From: Malacoraja senta
Taxonomy: Eukaryota
Assembly (NCBI GenBank): GCA_038087875.1
Contig: CM075978.1
Coordinates: 130,882,001-130,946,000, forward strand
DNA length: 64,000 nt
Direction: 5' to 3'
In this document: positions 48,780-60,472 of the stretch, in pieces
Layout: every line of letters starts with the position of its first letter
Position numbering within the stretch: position 1 is the stretch's first letter
The notes under the pieces: model-generated
What the model saw: only the letters and a program-made list of their open reading frames with translations
What the model was told of the DNA's origin: nothing
Database searches by the model: none
Translations under genes and position numbers: made by a program

Positions 48780-51700
48780 TACTGAGTTTGTGCCGTGATT
48801 CAATTGCTTCAGTGTGAGTCAATGATCGCGGTCTGTATGGGACTATGTGTGAGTCATCGTGTAATGATGCATGGACGCTTGTGAGAATATGAGCAGTGGA
48901 ATTGAAAGCAACTACATTTATGAACGAATGTATCAAGTGCAGTCTGTGGATGTGTCAACCGCAATGCAGTTTCGAATGCGTACATATGAGCCGACTTTAT
49001 TTAATAAGCTTGGTGTAACTGTGAGAAAATAGTTTACTGCAGCTGAGATTACATTTCGTGTTAACTGTGATGTCGTGCAAATTAATAAAAGGCAAGTGAG
49101 TGTGAATAAACTCATTAATAAGTTTGGTGAAACCGAGTGTGTGGAATATCTATCTGTGTGACTCTGAATGTGCAAATGAGTTCAGTGTGTCAATGGTTGA
49201 ATGAGCTCGCTAAAACAGTGAGTATGTGATTCAGGCCAGTTTAAATGCAGATGGATTCCGCGTGTCTTGGAGTATAACTAAGTCCAATGGTGACTGTGAC
49301 AGTGCAGTGTGCAAATGAGTTCAGAGTGACCGGATGAGGAAGTGCCGTGTACAGTGCGTGCATGAAGGAGCTCCATTTGACTCTTGTTGTGTAAATGGAC
49401 TTAGTGTTGGTGTGGACATGTGCGAAGTGACAGTGAGTGTGTGAATGAGGACTGTATCTATGTGTGTAAACACGTGGCTGAGTGAAAATGTAGAGTATAA
49501 ATGACTTCAATGGGCTATATTTACTCGGACTTTACTGGACTTTATCTTGCACTAAACGTTCTTCCCTTTACTGGACACTGTGGATGGATCGTTTGTAATC
49601 ACGTATAGTCTTTGGGCTGGCTGATTAGCGTGAAACAAATGGCTTTCATTGTACCTCGGTACACGTGACAATAAACTAAATGAGGCTAAACTAAACTAGT
49701 GTGTGAGTGAGTTCAGCTGATAACATTTGAGTCAGTTTTGTGTTTGGATACATGGGATGTGTGTAGGTGTAAAGTGGTCTGTGTAACAGTGTGTGAAAAG
49801 AGCTCCGTGTGCGGAGGAATGAATGCTCATTGTAACTATGAGTTTGTGATCACTGTACTGGTGTGTACATGAACCTAATATAACTGAATTGAAAATGCTA
49901 CAAGGTCAGATTGTATATATGAGATCACTGTAACTATAAGACCATGGGACATAGGAGCAGAATTAGGCCCATCGAATCCACTGCGATTAAATAATGGCTG
50001 ATCTATTTTTACCTCTCAACTCCATTCTTCTGCCTTCTCCTCGTTTAACTTTGTGTAGACAAAGTCTGAGTGGCTTTGCTCGAGTGTCAGACGGGGACTC
50101 CGAGATATTGAATGTCTAACCCAGCTCTGTGCAACAGGAAACATGAAGAGCTTGGTGTAACTTAGACAAGTGTGACTTCATGTGTAAATGAGCTCGGCTT
50201 AACAGTGACTGCATGAATTAAGTTTGGAAGTTAGCCCCATGAAACTGTGAAAGGTGTGAAAATGAACTTAAAATGATACTGAGTGTGTTGATAGCTTCTC
50301 ATAATGGCTGGGGTGGGATGTGAGTGCATGGAGCGTTAGAGTGATAGCGTCATATAGCATGGAAACAGATCCTTTGGCCCAACTTGCCCACACTGACCAG
50401 ATGTCCCACCTGCTTGCGTTTTGGCCCCCTATCGCTCTAAACCTGTCCTATTCATGTACCTGTCTAAATGTTTCTTAAACATTACAATAGTCCCTGCCTC
50501 AACTACCACCTCTGGAGTTTGTTCCATACACCCACCAACCTTTATGTAAAAAAGTTACCCTTTAGACTCCCATTGAATCTCCCCCTCTCACCTTAAACCT
50601 ATGTCCTATGTCTCTCAATTCCCCTACCCTGGGCAAAAGCCTCTGTGTGCTTACCCGATCTATTCCTCTCATGATTTTGTATACCTCCATAAGATCACCC
50701 CTCATCCTCCTGCGCTCCAAGGGATAAAGCCAAGGGATCAACCTCTCTCTAAAGCTCATTCTCTCGAATCCTCGTACTCATAAACATCTGCCTTGGAATT
50801 GATTGACCTCATTATATTTACATAATTACAGGTGGGACTAGTGTAGATGGGGCATCTTGGTTGGCGTGAGCAAATTGGGCCGAAGGGCACTTTTTCATGC
50901 TGTATGACTATGACTAAGAATCACAGAGTGACAACAAGTGCACACATTAAATAAATTTGAGTATGAATGTGTAAATGAAATTAGCATGGTCTTGAATTCA
51001 CAAAAGAGTTCTGTTTGACTCCATGCATAGATGGACTCAACGTGATGATGAGAGTTTAAATGTGAGTATGTGAATGAGCATAACTGTGAGCACATTGAAT
51101 AAACTCATTCTAACCTTGGGTGAGAGGTGTATCTAAAATCAAAGTGGTTAATATTTCAGGTTTGGGACACTTCTTCAGAATTGGGAAAGAGAGTAGAACA
51201 AGTTCACAGGAGCGACACTGAGAGAGTAACTAAGATCCGTGTAACTGAAAATGACTCTTGTGTATCTGTCAGCGAATGCTCTGTTTTACCGTAATTTTCC
51301 TTTACTGTTGTTTAACACATTAAGCTCACTGTGGCCATGAGTACGTAGATAAACATGATGTAAATCAATTCCATGTAACAATGTGTGAATAACCTCAGTT
51401 TGACAGTTTATACATGAGCTTGGTGTTATAGGAGCATTCAATGAGTTTCAAATAACTCATAAAATAGTCACAGTACTGAAGGGGACAACTCAGTTTCTCT
51501 GGGCTACACTGGCTTTATGTAAGGACAATGCAGCTAGTTCCATTCCCACTCTGTCCCCACAACCCTGAAAATTATTTCCGTTCAGATACTTAACCAGCTT
51601 TCTTTCAAACATTACAATTGAAGTTGCTTCTATTACTGTACATCACATCTGAATTCTAGACTAACCACTTGCTATGTAATAATAAACTTTTTCTCATGTC

Positions 51701-54350
51701 AATTTTGGTTCATTTATCAATCTTCTTCGTGGTGTATTCCCTAGCTCTTAACTGGTCTGCCAATGGGAGATGTTTCCCTCTATTTACCGTGTTTCTACCC
51801 TTGATTTTAGATACCTTCAACAGATCTCTCGCAATTTCTTCTGCTCAAGGAACCCCCCCCATGTTCTCCAGTCTATCTAAAAATCTGAAGCACCCCCTAC
51901 CTAGAATCATTATGATAAATCCCCTCTGCACCCTATCCAGAGCATTCACATCTTACCTAAAGTGTGGCATCCAAAATGGAATCCAATACTCTCGTTGTAG
52001 CAGAACCAATGTTTTTAAAATAATCATCATGGTCTTGCTCTTAGGCTCCACGCCTCTCTGTCTACAAAGCCCAGAATCCCTGACACCGTTTTAACCATTT
52101 TCTTAACCAACCCTGCCACTTATAATGGTCAAAGAATTTGACAAGTATTCATGACCTCTGCATTCTTGTGCAAAACGCAAAGCTGGAGGAACTCAACGGA
52201 GAACGTGTAAACTCCACACATGCAACGTAACCAGCATTTTCTATTTTCATTTTGGATTTCCAGCATGTAGTTTATTGATTTGCATTGATCTCTTTGTAGA
52301 CTATAATTATGCTCCTCAGAGTTCAGTATGCCTTCATTTGTACCATGTGCATATCATTAATATATATTAAGAAAAGCATTGATCCTATTACTGACTGCTG
52401 GGAATCTCAACTGTGTATACTGCCATCCAATCTAAAATAATTATTTCTGAACTACTCTGTATCTGGTTGCTTAGCACCCTTTTTATCTATACCTCATCAG
52501 TATTTATTATTGCATGAATCTCAGCCTTGATGAGAAGTTGTGTGGCACATTATCGTGCTTTTTGGAAGATTATATATATCATATCAACTACATTTTCCTT
52601 GTTGGCCCCATCTATTACTTCATTAAAAAAGATGCAACCAACTCCCCTTCCTTTATTCTGTCTTGACATTGTTCTAGATCTGCTTCACTACAGTGCACAC
52701 TTGTCAATGAAGTTAGAGCAGAATTTGGCTGCACAGTCATTAGTGTATAGGGAGTATAGTTAGGAGCCTAGAACTCCTCCTTGTTGGGCACTGGTGTTGA
52801 GAATTAGCATAGAGGAAGTTTTGCCATCTCTCCTCACTTATTCTGATCTATGGGTTAGGAAGTCGAGGATTCAGTTGCAGAGCATGTGCTAGACGAGGTT
52901 TGTCTTAACAAATCTTTGCAGGTTTTCTCTCTTTAATCCACACTTGCCCAACTGATGGTTAATTCTTCCCTGTCCATTGTTTTTAGAATTTTCTCCACCA
53001 TCATTGTTAGACAGATTGGCCTCTCATTACTGAATTTATCATTATACTTTTTTTTTGAGTAACCATGTAATATGTGCAATATCCAGTTCCTACCCTTGGA
53101 TTTGCAGATGTTTTGGAAGATTATGGCCGGGGCCTGCACATTGCCCCCCGTTCCACAGCAACATGGATGCCTCCCACTTGATTTATCCTCTTCAAATGGA
53201 GCTCGCCATTCTGCTACTTTCTTTTTTTTTAATCAATTTGTTTGCACATCCTGAATCTGAATTGCATCTTTCTTCACTGAGACTCCAGAAGTATCTTCAT
53301 TCTTGCTGAATTTTGACATAATTCTTTCACACCTCCATCATACCAAATGTCTTTATGATTACATTTCCATTTTGGTTACTTCTCTACTTATAACGCATTT
53401 GTTCTTTACTTGCCTAAAACTGGTAGAGTTGCTCCTCATAATGCCAGAAATCTAGGTTTCTTCCTGACTTCAGGTGTTGTCTGTGTGGAGTTTGCATGTT
53501 CTCCTTGTGACCATGTGGATTTCCTCCGGGTGCTCCAGTTTCCTCCAAAATCCATATGATGCATAGATTTGTTGGTTAATTGTCCTATAACAAAGTTTCC
53601 CTCAATATGTAGTGTGAATGAGAAAGTGGGATAACAGGACTAGTGTGAATGAGTGATCAATGGTCAGCATGGACTCAGTGGGCCGAAAGCCTTTTCCCAT
53701 GTTGTATCTTTAAAATTTAAACTTAAACTAAACTGGGCAAGTGTATATCAGTCTGTAAATAAGGTATAAGAATGAACTTGTGTGAATGAAATGGAACAAC
53801 TGCGTGTTAGTTAGCTCAGTGTAACTTGGAATTAATCTAATGCAAATAAAATGTGTAGGTCTCATTGTGTATGTGAGGTTGCTATTGCAGGTGTACGGGT
53901 GAGCTCAGTATAACTGTGATTGTGCAAAAATCCTAATGTGTGGAGTCATAGAGACATATAGCAAGGAAACAGGCCCTTTGGCCCAACTTGTCCATGCCGA
54001 CCAATATGCCCCATCTTAGCTTAGTCCTATTTGCCCGCATTTGGCCCATATCCCTCTAAACCTTTCCTATCCATGCAAATGTCCAAGTATTTTAAATGTT
54101 TAAATATAAATGTGCTCAATCTAACAGCAAACGTAGTACTGAACAGAATGACTGAGAGGGTGAGAATGTCCTGACGTAACAAAGAGTGACCAAAGCAAGC
54201 TTAGTGCAACTGTGAAAGTCTAAAAGAATTCTGTTCATGTCCTGTGTTTATTACATCAGTGTATCTGTGTATGTAACAATATTAAGTGTGAGTGTGATAA
54301 TGAGTTAATTGTGGCAACAAGTGTGCAAAATTGTAAACGTGCTCAACGAG
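48780..54350. repeat. Highly degenerate tandem repeat, consensus ~GTGTGAATGAGCTCAGTGTAACTGTGA, interrupted by CR1/SINE insertions
   Basis: Recurring variants such as GTGCAAATGAGTTCAGTGT (49170), TGTAAATGAGCTCGGCTTAACAGTGA (50183), TAGTTAGCTCAGTGTAACT (53808) and GGGTGAGCTCAGTATAACTGTGA (53897). Confidence 0.6.
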
Positions 54351-54560
54351 AAAGATAGTATTATCATTAGTGGCTTTTGAATATGCAGAGATTCTGCAGG
54401 AAATTACTGAGTGAACCAAGTGGCCTCTTCCTACTTTCATAAGTGATAGGAGCAAAATTGGGCCATTCGGCCCATCAGTTCTACTTCATCATTCAATCAT
54501 GGCAGATCTAACTTATCTTCTACACCCCATTCTCCTGCCTCCTCCCCATAACCCCTGACA
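49935..54560 (-). mobile_element. Cluster of separate CR1 fragments (49935-50045, 50345-50770, ~51470-53300 very decayed, 53945-54100, 54437-54560; plus-strand pieces 50820-50915, 54360-54430)
   Basis: For example LERRRMRGDLMEVYKIMRGIDRV at 50562-50759 (-), plus repeated CR1 3' UTR/tail motifs. Confidence 0.7.
53420..53735 (+). mobile_element. tRNA-derived V-SINE (HE1-like)
   Basis: V-domain TGTGTGGAGTTTGCATGTTCTCCTTGTGACCATGTGGATTTCCTCCGGGTGCTCCAGTTTCCTCC, a CR1-like 3' end and a (TAAAC)n tail. Partial copies at 20098-20245 (+, with B-box GGTTCGATCCC), 54590-54865 (-) and 9935-10005 (-). Confidence 0.8.
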
Positions 54561-55344
54561 TTTTCACTGGAACCTGGTGTAACCAACCTGGTGCCTGGAC
54601 ACAGGCTCTTTGGACCATTGAATAGGTGGAGTCTATCATGCAGCTATTTACTCTAATCCTAATTTATTCTCCCCGTCTTCCTATAAAATCCCCTCAGATT
54701 TCCTGACTCGCCCAAACACTTAACTTAATTTACAGTTTCCAATTAATGCACCAATTCCCATGTCTTCAAATGTAGGACGAAACGGGCTCTTTGGACCCAA
54801 GGGAAACACTTGAAGTCGCAGGAACAATGTGGAAACTCAACACAGACAGTACCCAAGGTCAGGATAATGAAAATGAAACGATGTATCCAAGCACATTTCT
54901 GTCATTATATAAGTTACATTGCCTAGATTAATACAATGCCTAGATTAAAGGGTAAGATACAGGATGCATAATATTGTTCTCAGCTTTATAGCGCACCAGT
55001 TTCATAGGCAAAGTCTAATGACCACAATGGGGTAAAGGTGAATGTGACAGTACCATAACTTGTGGTAGGACCATTCAGTAGCCTGATACCAGAAGTGAAG
55101 AAGCTGATCCTGAGTGTGCTTCTATTCTTAGTGCAGTGAGTAATTCTGCCAGTGTGCACGATAGCCTGAGATTTTGTCTGCCTAAAGTACGGAGAAAATG
55201 TGACCATTTTTGTGTGTGAGACAGAAGTCTAAAGAGAAAGGAGAAAGCGAAACATTTGGGTAAGTTATTTTAATGGGTAGTTTTATTGACCCAAAAATAA
55301 ACCAGGTAAACTGTTTTATAATCAGCAATCATGAATGCTACATG

Positions 55345-56225
55345 TGTTGAACATTGAATTCTCCAACTTTAGTTTGCTACATAACCTACCCCTTCTTCCC
55401 CCATATAACCCCACCCCCTTCTCTCCCTTTCCTTCTGCTCTCCCCTAAGTCCCACCTGGCTCACACCCATTTCTCCCCTGTCATTCCACTTACATTCCTT
55501 CCTCTAGCTTCACAATTTGCAAATTTTCAATCCTTTTGTGTAACACCTTCATCTTTCATCTGTTTGTCAAACATAGAAATATAGAAACATAGAAAGTAGG
55601 TGCAGGAGTAGGCCATTCGGCTGTTCGAGCCAGCACCGCCATTCAATATGATCATGGCTGATCATCCAGAATCAGTACCCTGTTCCTGCTTTTCCCCTAT
55701 GTCCCTTGATTCAGTTAGCCCTATGAGTTATATCTAACTCTCTCTTGAATATATCCAGTGAATTGGCCTCCATTGCTTTCTGTGGCAGAGAATTCCACAG
55801 ATTCACAACTTTCTGGGTGAAAAAGGTTTTCATCATCTCGGTCCTAAATGGCCTACTGCTTATTCTTAAACTCTGACTCCTGGTTCTTGACTCCCCCAAC
55901 ATTGGGAAATGTTTTCCTGCATCTAGCCTGTCTAATCCCTTAAGAATTTTATATGTTTCTATAAGATTCCCTTCTTATAGAATCCTTCAAAATTCCAGTG
56001 AATATGCCTATCAAATAACCCTCCTCACCTGTGTTGGCCTATTGCCTGCCAGGCTTTTCCTGTCCCTCTTCTCTTCCAGCTTTCTTCCCCCCTCTCCAAA
56101 GCAATCTGAAGAAGGGTCACAACTCAAAATTTCATCTATCTGTGTTCTCCTGACTTGCTGCCTGAGCTAGTTTAGCAATTTGTGCCTTATTTTGTAACCA
56201 GCATCTGCACTGCTTTTGTTTCAAC
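55345..56225 (+). mobile_element. Old Penelope 3' region interrupted by a minus-strand CR1 3' fragment (55570-56005)
   Basis: ACATTGAATTCTCCAACTTTAG, pyrimidine tract and pLTR. The CR1 piece encodes GESRTRSQSLRI...FFTQKVVNLWNSLPQ and has a (CATAGAAA)n tail. Confidence 0.75.
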
Positions 56226-56520
56226 TTGTATTATCTAAATACAATATGGCAAGGAAGAATCAAGAATTTGTCTTGGCATTTGTAGTATGCAGAAAAGGTA
56301 CACCAAATGGATGTTGAATTCCATGTCTATTCTGCAAAACAAAATGGTCCTCTTGTTATTTTTCTCCATTTAAATGATCATCCTTTCCTGAAGGAATTTT
56401 TACAGGGGTTTGATCGCCATGAATGTCCATTTGTCATGTGTGAGCTGAGAGCTGTCCCTGTCTGGCATCCATACATGAACATGCTCTGCTGACGTCATTG
56501 GATACCGATCAGGACCAAGA

Positions 56521-56807
56521 GTGTAGGAAGGAATTGGTGATGCTGGTTTCCACCGAAGATAGACACAAAATGCGGAATAAATCAGTGGGACAAACATCAT
56601 CTCTGGACAGAAGGAATGGGTGATGTTTTGGGTCGAGATGCTTCTTCAGACAGACAGCATCTCTGGAGAGAAGGAATGGGTGACGTTTCAGGTCAAGACC
56701 CTTCTTCAGAAATCTGAAGAAGGGTCTCAACCTGAAATGTCACCCATTTCTTCTCTTCAGAGATGCTGCATGTCCCACTGAGTTACTCCAACATTTTGTG
56801 CCTATCG
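56521..56807. mobile_element. Penelope-derived insertion with two tandem and one inverted hammerhead motif
   Basis: 12-bp TSD TCAGGACCAAGA at 56509-56520 and 56808-56819. Motifs at 56622-56649 (-, decayed), 56682-56709 (-, intact core) and 56714-56741 (+, decayed). Confidence 0.85.
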
Positions 56808-57545
56808 TCAGGACCAAGACTAATAGCTGTTAATTGTCACCTTCTGAGGACAGTGGTGCCTGGGCTTATAGTTCTCTGCTGGCGCTCCAGCTGAGATCAG
56901 CTTCTGGTTTGTACAGCTCAGTTACACAATGCATTTATCTTATCAAATTGGGCAAAAATGCCTATCAGAGGCAGCATTTGCAGCAGGAAGCTTTCATCTG
57001 CTCTTTTTGAATGCATTTCCACATTCACTCCACCAGATGGGAGGAATATACGACACCAAAACAAAGTATGGCAACTCTTAAAATTAGAAGAGTTAAGAAA
57101 TCAAAGCTGCACCAGTTATGAATGGTATAGATTAATATACATCATAATCTAAGACACAACATTTCAGTATTGTTCTGAAGATGGATGAGAGGACAGATCA
57201 ATCATTTATCCCTGCTGCAAAGAGCTCGCAACTATACCTTGACGAGTTTTATATATTATCTAACATGCTATCGGATTAAATTATTGATTTGCTCATGTCA
57301 CAATTTCAGTCAATTATATAGCTAACAATGTGTTGTATGATTTATATCTTGCAGCCCAAAAAAGATGAATTAAATTGTATCAAAAATAGTTTATTACCTT
57401 TGAAATGATTACATATATTTACATATTATTAGATATATTTAAATATGATCATTACTTACGGGTATATTATTGGTTGATTATATTTGGAACCGAATGACAT
57501 TGATTGTTTGAAATGGATTATGTGAAGATGCCCAGCAATTTGTAT

Positions 57546-57676
57546 TAACAAGGAACTGTAGATGCTGGTTTGTACCAAGGATAGACACAAATGCCGGAGT
57601 AACTCACGCATCAGGCAGCATCTCTGGATAAAATGGATAGGTGATGTTTTGGGTCAGGATCCTTCTTCAGACTGAA
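57546..57676 (-). mobile_element. Penelope-derived solo insertion
   Basis: 13-bp TSD CAGCAATTTGTAT at 57533-57545 and 57677-57689. Confidence 0.85.
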
Positions 57677-58929
57677 CAGCAATTTGTATCGCCTTGTATG
57701 AGTATGTGAAGTGGTCTGAATGTGTGTATGGCTGTGTATAATAGTTAGGTTATGTCTGGCTTTATACTGATGTATGAGAGATCATGCTTACAAATCTGTA
57801 TTAGTAGAGGTGAGGATCCAGTATATGATTTCATTTTGGGGGGGTTTGCCGAGGTGCATTTTGTGGTCAGATTTGCAAATGCCATTGAATTTGTGCAGTA
57901 TCTTTCAATCTAAACGTATGATAATTCCTCCATATATAATGTGTGCAATTATATGAGTTTGTGATGTAGAAATTAGCATGTTCCTGTTTGTCCAGATTTC
58001 TATTGCTATATGTGGAAATATCAGGCTGATTTTTGGATTTGTGTACCGTTATTGCCATTTTGTGTTTCAATTATATTCATAAATGACAGTGGGGTCAAAG
58101 AAAGAGCGTTCACGTCGCGGCCCTGTTTTCACCAATCTTTCCACCACCATGCATAAGAAGCACAAGAAGCGCAAGACAGACACCATTGTATGCAGATGCC
58201 AAGAAGTGTGTTCAGCTCTGGCTGAACAACTTCTAATCTTGTGTGTGGATTCGATAAGAAGATAAATGACAATCGATAAGTTTCTGTGGGAACATATGAA
58301 CATTTTTATAAATGCGCAAATAGATTTATATTGGAGTTTCATTTTTGAGTCCATTTGCTACATCACATATACATGTTTCTACATATATATTCATATCCTA
58401 TAAAAGGCAGCACACATGGGTTGTGATCATATATGAAACCAAATGTAGGTTTGTGATAAGGTGTGAAATGTTATGTCTGAATTTAATACGAATAATTAAA
58501 TTGTATGTATGACTTTTTCACTTGTCATTCATGGTCATTATGACATTGTATTGAAGAAATTGCAGACATATGTGAGATTATATTTATGAATTTATATTCA
58601 TCCATGAGTTTTATTTGTAAGTATCAGAATGTGATCACTTGCATGGACGTGTTGCTGTATGCAAAACAGATAGATATTTAAGTCCGTTTATGTTGTGCAT
58701 ATCAGTGTTGGTGTTGAGTTTGTTTTGATATCTGTGTGAATCTGAATGTGTTCATTTTGGGTTCAAACACGGATGTATTCAGACCCGTGAAGGTTTGGGG
58801 TTACTGTGGATGAGTTGTTGGTAGAGGTGTTAGATAGGATGCCTGAACTTTTATTGGAATCTGCAAAGAAGTTTGATTTTTGACTGTGCGTTGTGTGTGT
58901 GAGAGAGAGACACACAGAGAGGAGGATTC

Positions 58930-59480
58930 TGATTGAGTTCTCCATCCGCAGACTAATCCGCCCGATTTGGCCCTCCGGCTTCACAATTAGCGGTCCTTCT
59001 GCTGCCCCCCCCGCTGTGAAGGAGCGCTCGCCCCTTATGTCCGCGATGTTTCTCGGCACCACCTACCGGGAATGAAGGGAACAATCAGGAAACAATTAAA
59101 GAAACTGAGTGATTCTGTAAATAATCTTTGACGTCTCAACAAAGACGCCATTGGATAAGAGTTTATTAGCAAGAAACCATTAAAACAGATGTCATGTTAG
59201 CTTTTCTTTAGGGTTTGGTGACACATCTCCAAGAATGAATTGCCGATTGTCTAGTACTCAGTTAGTAAACACCCGGCCCATTGTTCAACTTTAAGGGAGC
59301 TCACAACACAGAATGAGTTCCCTTGCACGCATTCCTAACCAGGCCGGGTGCACCAAATCTATAATCTGTTAATCCCAAAGCACATTGCTTCTGAGTCCGC
59401 ACCATTTGTAACTAAATTACTTCACAATGTTTAGAGAGAAACAAGAATAAATCATCGCCTGAAATTCCGATTAAGGTTGG
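58930..59480. promoter_or_regulatory. Candidate distal forebrain/eye enhancer
   Basis: TAATCC 58954 and 59370 (K50 homeodomain), CCCCCCGCTGTG 59007-59018 (ZIC), AACAAT 59080 and 59091, CATTGTT 59279 (SOX), GTAAACA 59265 (FOX). CpGs are retained relative to the upstream flank. Confidence 0.55.
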
Positions 59481-59627
59481 GCCGTGTCCTGGAGTGGAGA
59501 ATGGTTCCGATGAGCGTGTCTCTCGACCAAAACCAACCAGGAAATTCACCCGTGTCCCGTTTTACATGACCCTGGCCAAAGCAGGAAGTTAAACATCAGG
59601 AAACACGAATGGCAAACAGGGAAATGC

Positions 59628-59630
<3 letters not shown>

Positions 59631-59672
<42 letters not shown>
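59631..59672. repeat. (GA)21 microsatellite
   Basis: Directly visible. Confidence 0.97.
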
Positions 59673-59676
<4 letters not shown>

Positions 59677-60061
59677 TCTCAGTTCACAGTAAAATGAAGG
59701 CAGGCTGGGGTTTCGGTCAAAATCGTGATAATTTGTATTAATTGCCATTTATGTTTATGCAACTGCTGTTTCATTTGCCGCAGATATGTTTTAGTCGGCA
59801 ATGAAAATATTGCGATATAAATTAGCATTCAGAAGGAAACATATTATTTAATTTTCACGTAAATTGCTTTGCACCTATTTGCAATTTTCCAAGGAAATTT
59901 TATAGTATTGGAATAAATGTCAATCATAAAGCCGTGAGAATGATCCACACTTACATTAAAGAAAACATTAGCGTTCCAGATTTTAACCCCAGTATGTGAA
60001 CACCCTATCAAATGATTATTTTCATCATCGATGATGAAAATTATCGATGATGAAAATTAGC

Positions 60062-60472
60062 ATTTTCTCGCTGCTACCATTGGACAGGAGGTACAGATGC
60101 TTGAAGTCCCACACCACCAGGTTCAGGAACAGCTACTTTCCTGCAACCACCTGGCTCTTTAACCGACCTGCACAACCCTAATCATACCTTGGCAACGGTG
60201 CATAACAGACACCCCTTGCACTCAGAGATTTGTTCTTCAATTGTGTTTTTGCACTATTGTCTCATTTCCACCCCCCCCCAATCTGTTTATTTTCGCTGTC
60301 TTTGATAATTCATGTATAACTTACAAGTGTAAGTCCATGTGCCTGCGAGTACATGTAAGTCCACAACTTACATTTTAGTCCATGTGCCTGCGATGCTGCC
60401 ACAAGCAAGATTGTCATTGCACCTGTACTTTCACCGTACGTGTGCATATGACATGAAATACTTGACTTGATA
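60062..60472 (+). mobile_element. Rex1/Babar 3' fragment
   Basis: GGAGGTACAGATGCTTGAAGTCCCACACCACCAGGTTCAGGAACAGCTACTTTCC matches 20820-20880; tail CTTGACTTGA. Confidence 0.7.

Noticed and set aside
48780-54350. CRISPR-like array interpretation of the spaced repeats
   Set aside because: Vertebrate DNA, degenerate units without fixed repeats or unique spacers, and no cas genes.
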